Origin: an uncultured Gammaproteobacteria bacterium
GTDB taxonomy: Bacteria; Patescibacteriota; Microgenomatia; UBA12405; JAHJSD01
DNA: 64,000 bases
NCBI GenBank assembly: GCA_964428655.1
Contig: CAYRYE010000002.1
Coordinates: forward strand, 183,156 to 247,155
Direction: 5' to 3'
The notes under the pieces were generated by a model. That model ran no database searches. It worked only from the letters and a program-made list of their open reading frames with translations, and was not told the DNA's origin. Numbering within the stretch: the stretch's first letter is position 1; the number at the start of each line of letters is the position of its first letter. This document shows, in pieces, positions 38,901 through 49,300 of this stretch. The translations under genes were made by a program, and so were the position numbers.

Positions 38901-40343
38901 ACCTTAACCCAAGAAGAAATTCTTATAGACTACAACCAAGGAAAAGCAATGGTTTTGGGAGCATTAAGCACTGATGCTTCTGGAAATGCAGATTTTTCTT
39001 CAGAAAGAGGTTATTGTCCTCCGGGAGATACCACTGCTTCCTGTTCTCCTGTGGGAGAGTGGAAAATGGATGAGAAAACAGGAGTTTATGCTTATGATAC
39101 GAGTGGAAATAACTACACTGGCACCCTTGCTAATTCCCCAACATGGGTACAAGGAAAAGTAGGAGCAGGGCTTGATTTCACCAGAACTTCAAGTCAATAT
39201 GTCTCAACCGCTGATATTGATATCACTAACTCGTTTACACTTGAAGCTTGGGCATATACCACAGACTCAGCTAATCAAAAAGCTATAATCTCTAAAGGAA
39301 CAGGAACTACAACTAACTATTGTTTGGATCTCCGAAGTGCTGATAATTCCATTGGTTTCTTTGTTTATGATAGTGGAGGAGCCGCGCGCGGGCTGACCGG
39401 ATCAACTACAGATAAGTTCCCTACTAACCAATGGACCCATATAGTCGCAGTCTACAACAGCGCCTCAACACCCAACTTTCAAGTTTTTCTAAACGGATCA
39501 GCTATATCCAATACTGCTAACTGGACTGGAACTATGGCTTCAAATGACACTAATACAACTATTGGAGCAAGAGCGACAGGTGATAATTTTTTCGATGGCA
39601 AACTTGACCATGTCAAAATTTATGACTATGCCCGATCTGCATCCCAGATCGCCTGGGATTATAATCGGGGCGGACCGGTGGGATGGTGGAGGTTTGATGA
39701 AAATCAGGAAATGATTGTGTATGATGCTTCAGGAAATGAGAATAATGGGGATCTTGAAGCCTCAATGACAAGTGATGATTGGGTTGAGGGGAAATACAAT
39801 ACTGCTTTGGATTTTGATGGAGGGGATGATTATGTCACCCTCACAAACAACCTCTCCTTAGATTCTGATAACTGGTCAATATCGTGGTGGATGAATAGAA
39901 ATGAACGTGACTATGAGTGTATCTTTTCAAAAGCAATAGGTAGTTTCGCTGGAATGATAGAGGTTGATCATACAAGTTACCCTAATCAAATCAGAGTAGA
40001 ATCTAACACCAATAATGAATGGGTTAAATTTTTTTCAACAAGTATTGATACAACGGATGGTCAGTGGCATCATTATAATCTAGTGTTTGGGCCGAGCAAT
40101 TCGTACCTTTATGTAGATGGTATTCTTACTGATACCGAAACAGCAAATAGCGATTCCGCTGACTATCTAATTAGATACATTGGTGTGCAGCAACAGCAAG
40201 TTACATACATTTATGGTGATTATTTCCAGGGATTATTGGATGATGTTCAAATTTTTAATTATGCCTTAACCCCGTTACAAATTGAAAATTTATATAATCA
40301 GGAATCTGCTATTAGGTTCGGTCCTTCTAGCGGATCACCATAG
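32970..40343 (+). CDS. Giant surface protein: DUF2341-like domain, seven LamG-like domains and two 7-repeat beta-propeller-like inserts
   Basis: N-terminal TM; WTYRKKLTF..DIRFTD..WVKVP..IYMYWGN; repeated V.YW.FDE / WHH / G.IDEV.IY; 2x7 YPVIAY..LK..HC...C repeats. Confidence 0.85.
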   Translation: MKYSICKGLKNSLNMLANFRLRTLITILAVLTTLTGIVLFLNKNPQLAEAAWYNGAWTYRKKLTFDNSGQSENLTNFPTMVKLTSTNFTFSQAQSSGQDIRFTDSAGTNLLDYEIESFDASGEEAYLWVKVPQIDGSSATDYIYMYWGNPSASDAQDADATWNSNYKGVWHLNDDAATSTVSDSSGNSNNITSSGTTDKYTSTGQMGGSFTTMGTPQVVPNQAGSTSELYPSIKLDSNDYPVIAFFDDTDNDLMLLHCNDPDCKGDDESLEVVESSGNTGYYPSLQLDTNDYPVIAYWDNTGDDLKFVHCDDVNCTGTETPVSLDTVGDTGRWPSMQLDSSGYPTIAYFDNSNDALKLIHCDDADCTSYNTETVDATANSAYLHSISLQLDDNDYPVIAYYHHTADPTRKVKVTRCNDVDCDGVGESTESPVDGANQYRYLSLQLDITDEYPMITYYDETIGDLFYIHCDDANCAGVETPKTLTTGTARQPWMELNSSGIPIIITHYSVYPRLFICSDADCTTDSEQYITLNNQYYCNYPTMELDSNDYPVFACYSRGKTGSYDINLYRLSPKLTQSYDSDFDFGTGDFSASMWFKSDDASQNFLLSRYDADQGYKLWLDYGGHPCFGIDDDSSFGPDDSACTTPANTEVDMDGQGGTVEEHDMKLNSVNGYPVIAFFDETNDDLEVVRCNDATCTSTTTTTIDSSGDVGRTPSLQLDSNNYPVIAYHYNTSQDLKIVHCGSTDCSSGNTINTVDSGGNVGDYPSLQLDTTNGYPVIAYYDATNTAIKLVHCDDVNCDGDESGNTVTVDNTEIDYPYISVTWMKLDTNGYPVMTYHNNTTYDLKLAHCDNAGCTGDQSGNIVTVETSGTIGRYASLELDSNDYPVIATHRASSDLKLIHCSDANCTTKTSNYVEESTNMDKGYYYIDLELNDSGYPVILHTSLAHWNHILTICNDVNCAGSDESFTHIRGSASDYLFSSLELDSNDYPVISYYDSGKLNLLHATATTYTDTNAYDDGSWHHLVAVKDDTSSIKLYIDGAEVASDTSIAALNTLTSDSAELRLAETITVLAGNDYSTYNWSGDIDEVQIDSTARSADWVAAQYLSESDGFITFGTLELGSTGDGEKPVAYWSFDSGYGTVAQDKTTNNIDLEITGAAWRSEEDCFSGKCLYFDGSGDYLRSTDSNVTTIASGASATYSVWFRTGDTTTEANYPNIMGIRDTSSSPYDIFNLRLYQERIEGEIYENDNNDSIRWTTSVIDNQWHHAVLVKNGNTAHLYVDGLLKDSGTRTWGEISDTEFLIGARETTGGYFKGFIDEPKVYDYARTAAQVKTDYIRGAGAHGGSAVLGAEDTSYLNDGLVGYWKLEETSTPAIDSSGNGNSGTWTGDNIDDTAGKFGNSISLGGTDDYVDMGVVGPVDGATALTVSAWVKPDGAVSDSIVDQYGDSSSATFLFYTNSSGLRGLVEDSSSNRYYGSISDAALAVDTWQHVVMTWDADSQTIYGYVNGEKQTNSVSAPISSLRGTAVKNLVIGGTWNDFAGEIDEVRVYQRALSSAEIRALYNWAPGPVLYYSLDEHTGTSTVYDRSGNDYDGTMSGLSESSWVLGKYGSALNFDGNDSVNITGFTSTTKSNTIEMWAKSSLGDTTYDYLLDSTTGRFVFAWFSSVSGQIGFYDGAWKSFGDTPNDGEWHHLALVLNSSTSTASLYIDGVKFGSDQAYTDKDISGDTYLATNYLGTGGYFNGSLDDVRIYNYARTPGQIVEDMNAGHPIGGSPVGSQVGYWKFDEGYGTTAYDSGLHAENGTLTNSPTWSNSGKIGKALSFSDSSNATYVSIPGSGELEDVTDNSYSFSAWMNPASIPSSGTNNVMTAVGRPGYHTLIGYYYTQKMIMHVRNSDGTAFATTSSNTFSIDNWNHVVGVADTSDNSIKIYVNGKLEGTGSWTGTLRDFGTGEYRIGTSRNGSCSADWAFCFDGLVDEAKIYNTTLTQEEILIDYNQGKAMVLGALSTDASGNADFSSERGYCPPGDTTASCSPVGEWKMDEKTGVYAYDTSGNNYTGTLANSPTWVQGKVGAGLDFTRTSSQYVSTADIDITNSFTLEAWAYTTDSANQKAIISKGTGTTTNYCLDLRSADNSIGFFVYDSGGAARGLTGSTTDKFPTNQWTHIVAVYNSASTPNFQVFLNGSAISNTANWTGTMASNDTNTTIGARATGDNFFDGKLDHVKIYDYARSASQIAWDYNRGGPVGWWRFDENQEMIVYDASGNENNGDLEASMTSDDWVEGKYNTALDFDGGDDYVTLTNNLSLDSDNWSISWWMNRNERDYECIFSKAIGSFAGMIEVDHTSYPNQIRVESNTNNEWVKFFSTSIDTTDGQWHHYNLVFGPSNSYLYVDGILTDTETANSDSADYLIRYIGVQQQQVTYIYGDYFQGLLDDVQIFNYALTPLQIENLYNQESAIRFGPSSGSP

Positions 40344-40366
40344 TCAGTAATTAGTAAACAGTAAGT

Positions 40367-43300
40367 ATGGATTTAAACAAATTACTACAACTAAATCAAA
40401 TCAGACACTATTTAGAAACCTTGAGAGTACAGGGTAAAAGTGAGGCGACTATCAGACGAAAGGCGATAGCGCTAAAGAAATTCGCAGAGTGGGCTGCCAC
40501 CAAGGAACAATCCCGAATTGGGATCGGAATCGGAATAATTGGCGGCACTAAACCAAAAACATTCAAAGAACAAGTCTCTCATAAAATACTTAATACTAAA
40601 TACCAAATACTAAATACTCTTTCCTCTGTTCCCGCCTACTTCAAGTTCGGCGCCATTGCCATCATGACCGTTGCTCTGGGCCTATTCATTTATGATCAAT
40701 TTATTAAGAAAGCTCCAGAGCAACTAGCCTATCCTTCCACCCTCACAGCTCCATCACGAGTCCTTTCCTTTCAAGGCCGGTTGACTGACGACCAAGACAC
40801 GCCAATCACCGACTCAACCAACTTTGTTTTTAAACTTTGGAAAGTAGAGGAAAATGGAACAGAAGTTGATTGTGATGGCGGTGGAGATGAAGATTGTCTT
40901 TGGGAATCAAACACCTGCGGCATTAACCCTGATGAAGACGGCATCTTCTCAGTCCGGCTAGGAGCGACCAGTGGCTCTGACGCTTGCGGCGGAGCAATTG
41001 ACTCCTCGGTCTTCACTGAAAATATTGGCATTTGGTTAGAAGTAACTGTAGCCAGCGAAACACTTGATCCCCGTCAACCAATTGCCACCTCAGCCTATGC
41101 CTTAAACGCTGAAACTCTACAAGGATTTCCGCCAGGAACCGGCACAAGCAACATATTATATATAGACAGCAGTGGCAACATTGGCATCGGTGTCACTTCA
41201 CCTACCCTAGATGCCACCAGCTCCAGCGGCACTTTTGCCATCAAGGGCCAATCATTACTACTGCAAACTCCTAATACTTCTGATGGCGACATTGGTATCA
41301 ATCCTGACGGTGAAGGTGTTTTAGATTTGATTTTTGATGGCTCTGCCCCTTCAAGCAGTTATACCAGCAACGGCATCGGCGGCTTTGTCACTGCCACCAA
41401 CAGCAACATTACTTCCGGAGCAATGTATTTTGGTGAAGTCGCTTCAGTTGCCACCGGCTATGACTTTATCCAATTTATGTCCGGCTCAACGCCAACAGAA
41501 AAATTCTCGGTTGATGCTTCAGGCCACACCTACATCGCCGGCAACGTCGGGATTGGGACGACAAACCCTAATAACTTTAAACTTCAGGTGGATGGCAATG
41601 TTGGTCCTCAGACTGACAGCGACTATGATTTAGGATCTGACACTATTAGATGGGCTAATGTTTATGCTGATAATTTAATTGGTACTATCTCTCCAGGATT
41701 TTCTGAAGGATCAGTTATCTTTGCTGATAGTTTAGGAGATCTTACTGAAGATAATGCTAATTTCTTTTGGAATGATACTGATGATAGGTTGGGGATTGGA
41801 ACTACGGAGCCAGGGGCAAAATTACATACTTATAGAAATGACACTATTGGAACATGGGGGGCAATGACATTATCTAATGCCACTGCCTTATTTCAGGATT
41901 CAGGTGTTAATCTCTATGTTGACGGAAACACTTTAGTAACTAGTGGAGATTTATATCTTGGTACTTCAACAGCAAGTGACATTTTTTTTGGTACTAACGA
42001 CGCCTATACAGTCACCTTTAAATCAGGCGGTGATGTGGGAATTGGCACAACTGAACCCTCTGCCCTACTTTCAGTTGGTTCTACTTCTCAATTTCAAGTC
42101 AACTCTTCTGGAGCCATTGCGGCAGCAACAGGCATTACCTCTTCTGGAACCATTACATTTTCTGATCTTAGCACTAATGGACCTACCTATGTTGCTACAG
42201 GAGTAATGAATAGTGAACAGTATCTTGACATGACTAGAGGAGGAACTGATGCTGATCTTTCAGGGGTAGCTGAAGGAGGTTTAATATATAAAGCAGCTTC
42301 TGCTCTAGCAGGTACAGGAGCTTTAACAGGAATGCTGAAAGGCAATACTGCTTCGGCTCCTAGCGCAGTTACTTCTACAGCCGACTATGTTACTTATTGG
42401 AGTGATGCCAACACTATTACTGGAGAGCAATACCTCTCAGTCAGCCGAGGTGGGTCTGGAATAGGCACCTTCACTAAAGGAGTTCTCCTTTCTCCCGGTG
42501 GCACTACTGCTTTTACTACTGTAGCTGGAATAAACAATTACATCCCCAAATGGTCATCTAGTTACATAACTACCACTAGCTCAATTTATGATGATGGCGA
42601 TGTCGGCATTGGGACGACTGGGCCGGGACAGAAATTAACAGTTCAAGATGATAATTCAGATAGCATTCCAACAGATCAGGATTTAGAAGTAGGGCAGATT
42701 CAAATTCAAAATCTTGACGCGTCAGCAGTATTTGCAGGTCTATCTTTTAGGGCAAGAACAACAAATAGAGCTATGGGATTGATTGGATTGGATTGGGCAA
42801 GTGGTGCTGGTGATATTTTCTTCCGAATCAGAGATGGTTCTTTAACTTCTAAAGAAGTTATGAGATTAGAAAGTACGGGCAACGTCGGGATTGGGACAAC
42901 AGATCCTCAAGCTTTACTCTCAGTAGGTTCTACTTCTCAATTCCAGGTAAACTCGACTGGAGCCATTGCGGCAGCAACTGGAATAACGTCTTCAGGCACT
43001 ATTACTTTTAGTGGTTTAACCGCTAATCGTTTAGTCACTACCACCACAGGAGGACAATTAACCAATTCCATCACCTCGGCTAATGTTGACGACTCAGTCA
43101 CGAATAACACAGGATCAGGTCTTCTTGTGTTTGCTACTTCACCTATCTTTACTACAGATATAACTACTCCTCAGATTCTTTCTTCTGCTGATTTAACTAT
43201 TGATCCAGCAGGAGAAAATGTCAACCTAGGCTCAGGAGACAATCTTAACATCACAGCTTCAACTGATTTGTTCTTTGGCACTACTTCATTGGGAGAGATA

Positions 43301-46300
43301 ACAGGACCAACTGATTCTGGTGCTTATGTAGTAGGAACTAATGATGAGTTTAGTAATAGTGATGAAGTTAATGTTCAAGGAGTCTTAGATGATTTAGATG
43401 CCCATATTGAGAGTTTGGAAACGGGTGGATCTGGTCTATGGATAGATGATGGTTTATACATTTATCCTATTAACTTTACTGACTTTGTCATTACTGATGC
43501 CGGCAACGTGGGGATTGGGACAACGGGGCCGGATAGTCCTCTTGAAATTAGCGGCAGTGGTGCTCAACAATTAAAAATCACTTCAACTGACCATATAAGC
43601 TCGGCAGTTGTTTTGGAAAGAACTGATAATGACTACTATGACTGGAGAATGATGAATAGCGGCGGTAATCTTTTTTTCTCTGAAAGTATAGATGAAGGTG
43701 CTTCTTGGCTTGACAATGTATTCTTTGGAGGCGATCCTACTTATCATGGACGCGTCGGGATTGGAACAACCGCACCTGATGAAGAACTTACAGTTTCCAT
43801 AGCCCAAAACGAATCCACTCTTATAAAAGTAACAAACAGTACTAATGACACCTTAGCAGCTGCTGGATTTTATTTTGACTCTGCTACTAGTAATGGTATT
43901 TTTGCTGCTCTTCCAAGTAATTATACTGGTGGTGGTACGGGAGCGCATTTTGCTGATCGGGTTGGATTCACTGCTTATGATACTGCCGCTGGCCTAGATG
44001 TTGTTGCTATTGACACTAACGCCGACATCCGCTTTTACACTGGCGGCCTTGCAATTTCAAATGAAAGAATTAGAATTGAGTCCGGTGGCAACGTCGGGAT
44101 TGGGACGACGGGGCCAAACGCGCAGTTCGAGGTTCGAGGTTCAGGGTTGGAGGCAAGATTAACAGATGATGGAACAGGATATTATGCAGATTTAGGAGTT
44201 GACTCCAGCGGCAATCTAACTATCTCTACTTCAAATGGAGCCTTGAACCTTGAACCTACAGCCAACCAGAACTTGAATATCACTACTTCAGGAACAGGAG
44301 ATGTAGCAGTCAATACCAACCAACTCTATGTTGATTCAAGTTCTGGCTATATTGGGATTGGGACAACGGGGCCACTTGTGAAGTTAAATGTTTCACAAGA
44401 TCAGGTTACAAGCATAAGTCAAGCGCAGTTTATGATTACAGGAGCAACTGACACTAATAAGAGAACATTGATAGGATATAACACAACAAACAATTACGGC
44501 TGGATGGGAGCAGGAACACTAGATTCTCAATGGGATCCACTGGTTTTACAACCAATTAGCGGCAACGTTGGGATTGGGACGACTAATCCAGGGGCAAAAT
44601 TAGAAGTGGCCGGACAAGTAAAAATTACAGGTGGAAGTCCGGGAGCTGATAAAGTATTAACTTCAAATGTTAGTGGTTTAGCCACTTGGGAAACAATTGG
44701 TGGTGAAGGGGTTACTCCTGATTCTTTAGACTACACTGAGTTTGTTGATGCAATGACTGTTGACGATAACACCAGTATTAATCTCTACAGTGGCACTACT
44801 GATGTTGATCTTAGATATTACAATTCCAGCTCCTCAGACGAACTACTCTTTTTAGATGGAAGCACGGGGTACGTCGGGATTGGAACGACTGGGCCGGGGG
44901 CAAGGTTAGACATTCATAATGATGCAAGCACAGGTGTCCCTTTAAATGTAATGTCTAGAGCTGGTTCAGCAGATAACGGAGAACTACAGATTGGCTTCAT
45001 TAATAATGACGGAGGACAAAGCTGGCGTATGGGAACCGCAAGCGATAGAAATTTTTACATTACAGAAGATGATGCTGGTGGTTATGGAACATCCAGATTG
45101 ACTCTCGAAGAAGGCGGCAACGTCGGCATTGGGACGACAAATCCAAGCGCTACACTACACGTTGCAGGCAATACACTAACAACAGGTAATACCTATATTG
45201 GCGCTACCACCGGCGATCAATACTTTTGGAGTGATTCCGCAGGAAGAATTGCTACAATGGCAGATTTTTATGTCCAAGCTACCTCATCAAACACTTACCT
45301 CTACTCTGCCATCACATACCTGGGAGCTGCCTCAGGTGATAACATCCTTTTCAGAGCAAATGAAGTATATGGCGATTCCTGGAGAATATCCTCTACTACT
45401 GGAGCTTATCACGCCGGCTCATCTACTGAATATGTTTATAATCGTTTCGGCTCCGGAGGAACAGCTAATTTTGCTTCTGATGATGCTTCTGATGTATATG
45501 TTCAGGATGAATTAGAGGTGGATGGTTCTATATGTTTGGGTGGGGTTTGTGAGTCTACCTTCCTGGATTTTGGTCCGTGGGACTATAACTCTGGCGCTAA
45601 CACTGTTCATCCTGATAGCACTTCCTACAATGTAGGTATTGGTACAACCAGCGCCGGCACTGCCAAACTAGCAGTAATAGGCGGCAATGTGGGGATTGGG
45701 ACAACGGGGCCGGGATATAAACTCGATGTAAATGCCGGAACTGATAATGAAATTACAAGATTTATCAGTACAGATGATTCGGCAAGAATTTTAGTTACGG
45801 ATGAGGATACAACCACATACTTGGGTTCTAGTAACGGATATACATATTTAGGTGGTGGAGCAGGACTTCTAGCTCAGAACCTGGTGATAAATACAACAAC
45901 CGGCAACGTCGGGATTGGGACGACTGATCCCAAGGCAGAACTTCATGTGATGGGTACATCTGGCACTATCCCCTCCTTATTTAGTGGTACCAATCTGGTT
46001 GTATCCAATACAGAAGCTGCTGGAAACAATACTAATATCTCAATTTTAGGTGGTGCAGAAGGTGATACGGCAATTATGTTTGGCGACACTGCTGACGAAG
46101 ACGCAGGAGCAGTTAGTTACGATCACAATACAGACTATATGTCTTTCAGGGTAAATGCAGGGACAAAGATGACCATTGACGATAGTGGCAACGTCGGGAT
46201 TGGGACGACGGGGCCAGGAATGCCTCTCCATTTAACCAAAGCGAGTAATGATTTAGTTGAGTTTGAAAGTACTAATTCATGGATGGGGTTGCATTTAACA

Positions 46301-49300
46301 GGAGCCGCAGGGTACGACTCAAACATTTATTTCAAAGAAGCTGATACAAAAGAAATGAGAATTAGTTGGGATGCTTCGGAAAACGAGTTAGCATTTGTGG
46401 ATGAAACAGATAGTGCTGCGAGAAGAATGGTTATAGAACAAACCGGCAACGTGGGGATTGGGACGACGGGGCCCACTTCCCTACTTCACCTGGCCTCTAC
46501 TTCTACATCTACCGGCTTTACTGGTTTTAATCTGGATTGGTCGCCTGGTTCTGCTGCCACTCTTACCGGTGATCTGTTTGCTATCAACATTGGCAGTAAT
46601 GGTAATGCTGATAATTTATTTAATGTGTTAGATAATAGTTCCTCTTTATTCTCTGTCTCAGAAACCCAGATAACCTCTGCTCTTCCCCATCAATTTACAT
46701 CTACAGGAGATGTGTCAATAGCTTACGACATAATTTTTACTAACCAAACCGCTTCTTATATAAAATCTTATGCTCCTTTATATATTGATGCTGGAGAATC
46801 TTTTGAAAGCAATGATCTGACTTTATCTACTTATAATGCCGGAGATATTGTTTTTGACGCCGGTGATGCCAGCGGCGATACAGGAACAATTAAATTTTAT
46901 GATGCTTATGTTAAGGGAGCAACTGATACGACACCAATTGCTTTTTCTGATGTGGCCGCTGATATTAATACTTTCAGAACAAATTACACTGATGAAAATA
47001 TTATTGGCGCTTTTAATGAAGTCTATGATGCGGCTACCGGCTCTGTTGGTGGTGGCGGTCCCTGGACTCGCTCTGGAACTGATACTTATCTTACTAATAC
47101 TGGAGATAACGTCGGTATCGGAACGACGGATCCAGACAATAAACTAGACATCAGTGGGACATTGGAAGTTGGTACTAGTACTAGAGGAGCTCTCTTATAT
47201 TCTACTGCCGCAGATAATTTTAGATTCCACACCTATACTAATACCCCCAATCCAAATATTCGGATTGGATATGGTAATGGATCAGGTGGACAAGATACTT
47301 CAAGTGAATATATTGATATGAATGCAGGAGAGATAAATTTCATAAATGCCGACGTCGGGATTGGGATAGCGACTCCGGATGAACCTTTAGAAATTTATAG
47401 ATCAAATGATCCCACTGCAGGTACTACATATTTAAAAATAACAAATCCTTCAAGTGGAAATTGGAAGACTGGAGAAGCAGCAACAGGTATACGGTTCGAA
47501 AAGGAAGGGAAAATTACAGGATATATTGAATCCGCGCACTTCCGTACCGGCAGTGGAGCGGATCATAGTAACGAGGATGCTGGACTTGCCTTCGGTACAA
47601 GACACAGCCATGATTTAGATCCAACTACCAAGATGGTAATCGATAATTATGGCAACGTAGGAATTGGGACAACGACGCCGGGAGCTAAGCTAGACATCCT
47701 ATCGACCGGCGAACAACTAAGAACTAGCTATAACTCCAGCAATTACACTCAGTTTGAAACCGACAGCGATGGCGACTTAAATATCACCCTCAACGGGGGT
47801 GGAAGTGATAAAAGAGTAATCATTAGTAATGATCTGCAAATTAATGGTGGAGATATTGTTGACAGCAGCGGTACTACAAGAATCAGCATCGGCAATGTAA
47901 TCTCTCTTTATCCTGACTCCTCCAATTTAGTCCGAGTTATCAACACCAGTGGATCACCAGCCAGTAGATATTTGCCATTAAGACTAACTCGCTCATATTC
48001 TAGTTTCAGCACAAGTTATGAGGTTGGGATACAGTTTGACATCCAAGAAAACACCACTGTCATGCCGGCAGGATTTATTAGCAGTAAAATTACAGACTCT
48101 ACAAATGAGTATGGCAAAATGTTTCTCGCCACTTCAGATGGAACTGGCGATACTGATTGGGAAATAGGGATAACCATAGACCACTTGGGCAACGTCGGGA
48201 TTGGGACGACGAATCCAACAGAAAAACTTCATGTTGTTGGAGATGGCTACTTTACCGCCGATGTAGGTATTGGAACTGCTGTCAACGCCACTTATGACCT
48301 ATCGGTTGGATCACATATAAGAACGGTCTCGGGCAACATTTACTCTGGAGGAACCCAAGGATTTGTGTTCGGGAGTTCTACTAGTGAAGGAGAATATATT
48401 TATAGATCCGGCAATGATATTCGAACATATGCAGGAGGAGCTAATGTACTCACTGTTGATGGAGATAACGGAAGAGTCGGGATTGGGACGACGGGGCCGG
48501 AAATGACATTAGATGTTTATGGAGGTGTTGGTACTGGTATTATAGTTGGGGATCATGCAGTGAGACAGCCATATATTAGACGCTCTCTACATAGCCCAAG
48601 TGATGTGACATATAGTTTTTATGGTTACACTGATGCTGGGATGTATATGCCTGAAGCTAACAAATTAGCTTTCGCTGTAAATGGTGGAGAAAGAATTACA
48701 CTAGACAGTGGCGGCAACGTCGGGATTGGGACGACGAGTCCGCTAGGGCAACTTGATGTTGTTGGTGGTGTAACCAGAACCGGAACCGCACCAACAACCC
48801 CATCTTTTTACGTAACTGGTACATTAAGTGCTGGTACAGCAGGACCCGCAGCCAATAACATAGAGTTCAGACACGATAATCAAACCCAAGGAATAGGTTT
48901 TGGGTATCAGACAATCTACGCAACAGGAACAACTACCAATCAACCATTAAATTTGTTGTCGAGAGGATCAAGCCCAATAACATTAAACGCGTACGGGTAC
49001 AGCACCGGCAACGTCGGGATTGGGACGGCGGGGCCGTTGTCAAAACTTAGCGTCGGCGGAGCTGGCATATCTAACACCGGCGTGTATGGCTACGGCACCA
49101 GCTACGGCGTGTATGGCGGCGGCGGCACCTACGGCGTGTATGGCAGTGGCACAGGCTACGGTGTGCGAGCAATGGGCGGTACCTACGGCTTGTATGGCAG
49201 CGGCACAAGCTACGGCGCATATGGCGCGGGCGATACCTCCGGCGTGTATGGCGACGGCGGTACCTACGGCGTGTATGGCGACGGAACCACTGGCGTGCGT

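Noticed and set aside
41540-49036. Junction repeats as a CRISPR array
   Set aside because: The spacers are 200-650 bp, variable and all in frame within one ORF; no cas genes are present.
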